Shown here piece after piece: positions 16,535-21,034 of a stretch of 21,034 nucleotides of DNA. Made by a program: the position numbers and the translations under genes. The DNA lies in the IMG/VR virus record IMGVR_UViG_3300049629_001768. The stretch is one strand, 5' to 3'. The notes beneath the pieces were generated by a model that worked only from the letters and a program-made list of their open reading frames with translations, had not been told where the DNA came from and ran no database searches. This stretch comes from a virus. The first letter of the stretch is position 1, and every line of letters starts with the position of its first letter.

Positions 16535-17215
16535 TTAAGAATATTTTTCTAGGTCTGGCAAAACAACAGATTTTTCATTGTCTTTCAAAGGTTGCATCCA
16601 AAGATCAATATTTTTCTGCCTCTCTTCGTTTTCTTTTGTTCCATAATTATAAAAAGATCCTGGATTCTTTTCTGGTTTTAAAGAAAAGTTTGAAAAAACA
16701 TACCTGACTCCACTCCTCACTGCTCTCACCCCATGCTCATGAGATCTCAGGGCTCCATGAATAACTAAGTCACCTGGTTGAACAGGTATTTCAATATTTT
16801 GTTTTGGATAATAAACTTCTCCGCCAGAAAATTCGCCAAAGTATACGCAAACACCCCATGAGAGCACACAGCATGTCCCCCAGACATCTGGCACTGTAAG
16901 GCTTTCGGTCATGTCTTCACCAGGGCTGTCGCAATGTGGAAGCATCTGACTCCCTTCTCCAAAATACATCATGTTTGCCAATGGATGAATCACATATTCT
17001 GGATAAATAAACTCTGAAATTTTATTCCAAACAGGAACGAGCTCTCTAACATGATCTGTGAGCTTAAATTCCATATTTTCAAACCAATGATTGTATAAGC
17101 TGTTTTCTTTGTAAACTATTGAATTAATCAGATCAACTTGATCATTTGATATAAAGTTTTTATACCAAAAAATTTTTTCCTCTAGCTGCAATATGTTTGG
17201 ATTATCTGAAAACAT
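16535..17215 (-). CDS. 2OG-Fe(II) oxygenase, prolyl 4-hydroxylase-like (226 aa)
   Basis: MLPHCDSPGED (HxD), GEFSGGEVYYP, PGDLVIHGALRSHEHGVRAVRSGVRYVFSNF. Confidence 0.82.
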   Translation of the reverse strand: MFSDNPNILQLEEKIFWYKNFISNDQVDLINSIVYKENSLYNHWFENMEFKLTDHVRELVPVWNKISEFIYPEYVIHPLANMMYFGEGSQMLPHCDSPGEDMTESLTVPDVWGTCCVLSWGVCVYFGEFSGGEVYYPKQNIEIPVQPGDLVIHGALRSHEHGVRAVRSGVRYVFSNFSLKPEKNPGSFYNYGTKENEERQKNIDLWMQPLKDNEKSVVLPDLEKYS

Positions 17216-17222
17216 GTGCCTC

Positions 17223-17882
17223 CTACGCTTTATAGAAGCACCTTATAAAGTACTTCTCTGCCCCACTAACTTTTGTAACTGCATGTTCATACTGACAGTC
17301 TTCAGAAAGAATATCTGGATGACCTGATGGGAATACCATTATATCACCGGCTTTTGGTTTGTACATAATGTACTGATCTCTTATTTTAAAAATCAACTCA
17401 CCCCCATCATAGTCATCATTTAAATACATTGTGCATGTAATAGCAAAATTTTTAGTGTCGCCTGATCTATCTTTTTGATAATCGGTGTGATAAACCATTG
17501 CGTTTTCTTCTTCTTTTTTAGTAATCTCATATTTTGCAAAAGATGGACCCATCTTCTCCCAATCATCATTTTTACGAACACTATGGAATTCTAAATAGTG
17601 ATTAGTTGATAAATAAAAGTTTTTGTTAATTTTGTCTATAAAATATTTCTCTTGATTAAAGAGTAAGAGATTTTTTTTTATATCTTCTTCTTTGATATTG
17701 TTTTCTTTTTCAATATCGTAAACATATTTCCCAAACTTATCCCATTGTCGCCAATCTTTAAAGAAAAAAGTATTACTAGAATCAATTTGTGAGTTCTTTA
17801 ACAAAAGAACCAACTCTTCATAATCTGGCAGCAGATTTTTGTATATATGTACTTTTTCTGTTAATTTTTCAAATTCAATCAT
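17223..17882 (-). CDS. 2OG-Fe(II) oxygenase, prolyl 4-hydroxylase-like (219 aa)
   Basis: MVYHTDYQKD (HxD), LNDDYDGGELIF, KPKAGDIMVFPSG, QYEHAVTKV. Confidence 0.87.
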   Translation of the reverse strand: MIEFEKLTEKVHIYKNLLPDYEELVLLLKNSQIDSSNTFFFKDWRQWDKFGKYVYDIEKENNIKEEDIKKNLLLFNQEKYFIDKINKNFYLSTNHYLEFHSVRKNDDWEKMGPSFAKYEITKKEEENAMVYHTDYQKDRSGDTKNFAITCTMYLNDDYDGGELIFKIRDQYIMYKPKAGDIMVFPSGHPDILSEDCQYEHAVTKVSGAEKYFIRCFYKA

Positions 17883-18553
17883 GGCTGTCTATCTCCAGTA
17901 TGTTCAACTATTTGCCAAAAGAATGGGCATGTATATCTTACACCACTTTTTACCTCTGTAACTCCATGAATATATTGCATATCCCCTGGAAAGAAGTATG
18001 CTGCACCTTTTTTTGGTTTAAACTTCACCCCTTGGTTGGGAAAATATAACTCCCCACCTTCATAATCATCATTTAAATAAAACAAACTTGATAGATCGTA
18101 ATTTGGAAAATCATTTGGAAGACCAGCATCTGGACCTTCGTGCAACTCTTTGTCGGCATGAGGCTTCTGGAACTGTCCGGGGAGCCACTTAACAATAGCT
18201 GCTCTAGTTGGAATTGCTTTCACTTTATAAAAGTCTTCAACAATGGGTTTTAATCTTTGAAATAAACCATTAATAACCGGGGATATGGAAGGATTATTTT
18301 TATCTAGCGTAGATTGTGTTGCAACCCTGTCCTTCCAGTAATCAGAATCGTAGACTACTGTTCCATTTTGGTTTACATGAGTTTCCGTCACATCCCATAT
18401 TGTCAAAGATTTTGCAGACTCTTCTAAAAATTTTATTTCTTTTTGTGTCATAAAATTTTCTAATTCAACAATATTCTCCACTCCTTTACCAAAAAATCCA
18501 GATGGAGTTATTGAAGGCTTTCTGACAACCAAAGAAGATTTTGAAGTACTCAT
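17879..18553 (-). CDS. 2OG-Fe(II) oxygenase, prolyl 4-hydroxylase-like (224 aa)
   Basis: FQKPHADKEL (HxD), LNDDYEGGELYFPNQG, MQYIHGVTEVKSGVRYTCPFFW. Overlaps the downstream gene by 4 nt. Confidence 0.88.
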   Translation of the reverse strand: MSTSKSSLVVRKPSITPSGFFGKGVENIVELENFMTQKEIKFLEESAKSLTIWDVTETHVNQNGTVVYDSDYWKDRVATQSTLDKNNPSISPVINGLFQRLKPIVEDFYKVKAIPTRAAIVKWLPGQFQKPHADKELHEGPDAGLPNDFPNYDLSSLFYLNDDYEGGELYFPNQGVKFKPKKGAAYFFPGDMQYIHGVTEVKSGVRYTCPFFWQIVEHTGDRQP

Positions 18554-18566
18554 ACCAACAATGCTC

Positions 18567-19268
18567 CTATGTATTATCTCTTACATGAAGTCTTAACACT
18601 TTTACCTCATGAGATCCCAAAGACTGCTTTTTTTCATTCACTGCATCTCTATACCAATTGGCAAATTTACCAGATAAATTTATTGATCTAATTGCTGATC
18701 CATAATTACTATTTGCTTGATGTCTTAACATTTTTGGATCTGAGTATTTTTCAATTTTAATTTCTGAATTGTTTAAGTTTGTTAACGATATAGGGATTAT
18801 TGTTGCAAGTGGTGTTCCTGCTTTTATTATTGTTTCAACATTTATTTTTTTTGCCTTAAGCGCTAAAGGCAGTGGAGCGTCAAAAAAAGATGTGCTAATA
18901 AGGTTAGATATTGTTTCAAAATCATTATTAAAATAATTAACAGGATTTATTGTTAAAAGGCTTACATCAACAGCCGTTCTAAAAACCAACCCAGTATTGA
19001 GACTTATTGATGACTGACCTCTGCCTGAGTAGCTGCCTTGGGGGTTTTTAATTTGTACATGATCAGGGGTTTGATCGTTAATGCCATCCCAAGTAAAAAC
19101 TATATCCTCTGTGCATGAAAGACTCCACCCAAGAACATTAGCCTGCGTAATTGGAAAACATCGATATGCATGGTTTTCTGAAGTTTGATCCATCCAGTCT
19201 CTTTTTACGGACATTTGTGAAATATTAAAAATTGAATTGTCCATTTTTTCAACAGATATACTAATCAT
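18567..19268 (-). CDS. DUF6065-like protein (233 aa)
   Basis: YRCFPITQANVLGWSLSCTEDIVFTWDG ... FNPVNYFN ... IIKAGTPLATIIPISL; the pattern recalls DUF6065 (family name from memory). Confidence 0.55.
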   Translation of the reverse strand: MISISVEKMDNSIFNISQMSVKRDWMDQTSENHAYRCFPITQANVLGWSLSCTEDIVFTWDGINDQTPDHVQIKNPQGSYSGRGQSSISLNTGLVFRTAVDVSLLTINPVNYFNNDFETISNLISTSFFDAPLPLALKAKKINVETIIKAGTPLATIIPISLTNLNNSEIKIEKYSDPKMLRHQANSNYGSAIRSINLSGKFANWYRDAVNEKKQSLGSHEVKVLRLHVRDNT

Positions 19269-19930
19269 TACTCATCATTCCATTTTGAATCATACATATC
19301 CGGCGTATGGTATTTTTTACTGTAGTCCAACATTGTAACAACGGAATACTTTGTTCCTGCAATTACTGGCATAGCTTGGTGAGGATACATAAAATTTGAT
19401 GGGAAAATATACAAATCTCCTGCGTCAGGTTTAATTTTTAAATTTTGCAATCTGAAATACAACTCTCCGCCTTCATAGTCATCATTAATATAGCCCACTA
19501 AAGATACGGTGCAATTGTATGAAAATCCATGATCGTGATGTTCCCTAAAGTGCTGACCCGGACCGTATTTAACAAAGTTCATGGCTTCCCAGTATTTAAG
19601 AGGCATTATGTTATATTCTGCTCGATAATCTTCAACGGCAGAAAAGCTTGAGTCATAAATATCTTGCCAAAGAGATTGTAGGTTTAGACTAACTTCGCTT
19701 TTATCACTCTCAATATCTTTTTTTTTAAACTTGAAATCAACACAGTCTCTATATTCTGGCATAAGCTCTTGATATCCCACATATGCTGGTCGCCAGCCGT
19801 AAATTGCTTTATCACTAAGCGGTTTTAAATTTGATTCAAGCCTGTTAATAACATCAAAATCTTTTTTAATGACATCTTTATAACACTTTATACCATTCCC
19901 TAAGTCAATTTTCTTTTTCCATGTCTGCAT
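19268..19930 (-). CDS. 2OG-Fe(II) oxygenase, prolyl 4-hydroxylase-like (220 aa)
   Basis: FREHHDHGFSYN (HxD), INDDYEGGELYFRLQN, KPDAGDLYIFPSNFMYPHQAMPVIAGTKYSVV. Confidence 0.87.
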   Translation of the reverse strand: MQTWKKKIDLGNGIKCYKDVIKKDFDVINRLESNLKPLSDKAIYGWRPAYVGYQELMPEYRDCVDFKFKKKDIESDKSEVSLNLQSLWQDIYDSSFSAVEDYRAEYNIMPLKYWEAMNFVKYGPGQHFREHHDHGFSYNCTVSLVGYINDDYEGGELYFRLQNLKIKPDAGDLYIFPSNFMYPHQAMPVIAGTKYSVVTMLDYSKKYHTPDMYDSKWNDE

Positions 19931-19939
19931 CTTTTGCCC

Positions 19940-20716
19940 CTACTTGTATTTTCTTCTTGACCATACTTTGCTTTTGTATACACCACCATCAGGCTGACGA
20001 TAGAACTTTGAATTATTTACCATTTGATTGTACATCTCATGCTGATTCAAAGTATCAATCCTGTGCTCCCAGTCTTCTCTTTTGAAAGGGAGGACCTGAA
20101 GGTATGGCGTTCCTGCTTGTATCAAACCCTCCCATCCATCCACAATAAAGAATGGGAAACTCCCCAGTAAATGAACTTTATCTGAGTCTACAATCCCAGT
20201 AGTGTTTAAAAATGGAAGATCAAACCTGTTCATTGGTGTCATAAACAACGCACTATACCCATCTGGAAGCTGCAGCCCCCAGTCTGCATGCCATGCAAAA
20301 TGATGCTGATAGTAACCCAGTGGGTGCTGAAACTGTGGCATTGGGGGTCTTTGAGTGCAAAAATCCTGATACTGCTCGCTCTCTATCTTAACATCAATTA
20401 TTCCTTGATTGTTTTTAAAAAATGTTAAATCACAGGGTGTCTTAAAAACATAACCAGTTAAAAAAGCATCCATTATTGCAGGGCAAGCTTTCCATGTGGG
20501 AATTTTGCCATAATCATCAACTGTCCCTTCTTTCGCAAATGGACAAACTTCTTTTGGAGCTTTGTAATATTCGCCATTTGGCATTTTTGCAAAGATATCT
20601 GCATCTTTATACCATTGGGGTATTACGTTTTGTGCTTGGGTTGGGACAGATTTGCTCTCTTTATTTAGCCACGGTCGATACGGTCTAAATATCGCAACAT
20701 TAGAATCGGTACTCAT
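19940..20716 (-). CDS. conserved phage-type hypothetical protein, possibly distantly related to the DUF6065-like neighbour (258 aa)
   Basis: NVIPQWYKD...TWKACPAIMDAFLTGYVFKTPCDLTFFKN...FPFFIVDGWEGLIQAGTPYLQVLPFKREDW. Confidence 0.6.
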   Translation of the reverse strand: MSTDSNVAIFRPYRPWLNKESKSVPTQAQNVIPQWYKDADIFAKMPNGEYYKAPKEVCPFAKEGTVDDYGKIPTWKACPAIMDAFLTGYVFKTPCDLTFFKNNQGIIDVKIESEQYQDFCTQRPPMPQFQHPLGYYQHHFAWHADWGLQLPDGYSALFMTPMNRFDLPFLNTTGIVDSDKVHLLGSFPFFIVDGWEGLIQAGTPYLQVLPFKREDWEHRIDTLNQHEMYNQMVNNSKFYRQPDGGVYKSKVWSRRKYK

Positions 20717-20748
20717 AAAAACATCTTTTCCTTTTGTGTTTAAATAAA

Positions 20749-20757
20749 ATTATACCA
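20749..20757 (-). promoter_or_regulatory. putative extended -10 promoter element TGGTATAAT
   Basis: Minus strand CATGGTATAATTTTATTTAAAC lies about 33 nt upstream of the 20716 start, in the gap after the Fn3 gene stop. Confidence 0.45.
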
Positions 20758-20814
20758 TGTTTTAAATTGCCCTCTGACCGTTACCAAAAAATATTGTTGC
20801 AAAGACTGATTATA

Positions 20815-21034
20815 TCAGATTGGACCTATCTCGAAGTATGGCGGGAAGAATGGCGGGAAGAATGGTGGAAAGAATGGCGGGAAGAATGGTGGAAAGAACG
20901 GCGGGAAAAACGGCGGGAAGAATGGTGGAAAGAACGGTGGAAAGAATGGTGGGGCAACTGGGGTTACCGAGTTTGATGCTGCCGATGAATCTGAATTGAC
21001 ACCATAAGATGTTTCTGCTCTTACTGTAAATGTA
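20815..21034 (-). CDS. C-terminal end of a fibronectin type III-containing, probably structural/tail, protein with (PPFF)n tail (partial, start beyond the right edge)
   Basis: Minus frame from 21033: TFTVRAETSYGVNSDSSAASNSVTPVAPPFFPPFF...PPYFEIGPI*, stop TGA at 20817-20815. The first part matches the last strand of an Fn3 domain. Absent from the supplied track. Confidence 0.75.
   Translation of the reverse strand, partial: TFTVRAETSYGVNSDSSAASNSVTPVAPPFFPPFFPPFFPPFFPPFFPPFFPPFFPPFFPPFFPPYFEIGPI
20840..20953 (-). repeat. 12-bp tandem repeat encoding (PPFF)9 plus a terminal PPYF
   Basis: Plus strand shows nine consecutive 12-nt units of type GGYGGRAARAAY plus a final GGTGGG half-unit. Confidence 0.92.

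Noticed and set aside
16525-18049. Plus-strand ORFs 16525..16707 and 17789..18049
   Set aside because: Fully antisense to strongly supported 2OG oxygenase genes.
20476-20688. Plus-strand ORF of 70 aa
   Set aside because: Antisense to the 19940-20716 gene, no distinctive features.
20840-20953. Possible CRISPR or regulatory iteron array
   Set aside because: Contiguous 12-nt units without spacers, explained by the in-frame PPFF-coding repeat.
20734-20976. Plus-strand ORF rich in WREEWWKE (80 aa)
   Set aside because: It is the antisense reading of the 12-bp repeat encoding (PPFF)n on the minus strand. The N-terminal part lies in the intergenic/promoter region and its composition is an artefact.

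Overview
This 21 kb window looks like an AT-rich accessory region of a marine tailed phage. Support for that: densely packed, partly overlapping small genes; a DUF4314-like protein; a tRNA-Gly; two tandem exact T4-type late-promoter motifs (TATAAATA); FkbM-like and dTDP-glucose-dehydratase-like genes; small membrane/lipoprotein genes; and a structural-type fibronectin III protein running off the right edge. The standout feature is the density of non-heme-iron oxygenase genes. By motif reading there are ten Fe(II)/2-oxoglutarate-type enzymes: one aspartyl/asparaginyl beta-hydroxylase-like, one phytanoyl-CoA dioxygenase-like, and eight prolyl-4-hydroxylase-like paralogs with 'NDDYEGGELYF'-type signatures. 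Two tandem ferritin-like/acyl-ACP-desaturase-like diiron proteins sit with them. The right-hand block (about 14.4-20.7 kb, minus strand) also carries two possibly related DUF6065-like proteins and a Cys/His putative zinc protein. Immediately upstream of that block in transcription order is the 3' end of an Fn3-domain protein whose C-terminus is a (PPFF)9-PPYF repeat. The supplied ORF track missed it because its start is outside the window. A 934-aa secreted protein with poly-Thr and (VPETT)n repeats lies between the oxygenase blocks. My main hypothesis is a phage-encoded oxygenase island that post-translationally hydroxylates, and perhaps supports glycosylation of, proline-rich virion or surface proteins. 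Other notable points: an apparent frameshift in a small membrane protein gene, an in-frame internal start with a strong Shine-Dalgarno at the end of the 934-aa ORF, and several probable start-site corrections. All family assignments are from reading the sequence; no database search was run.
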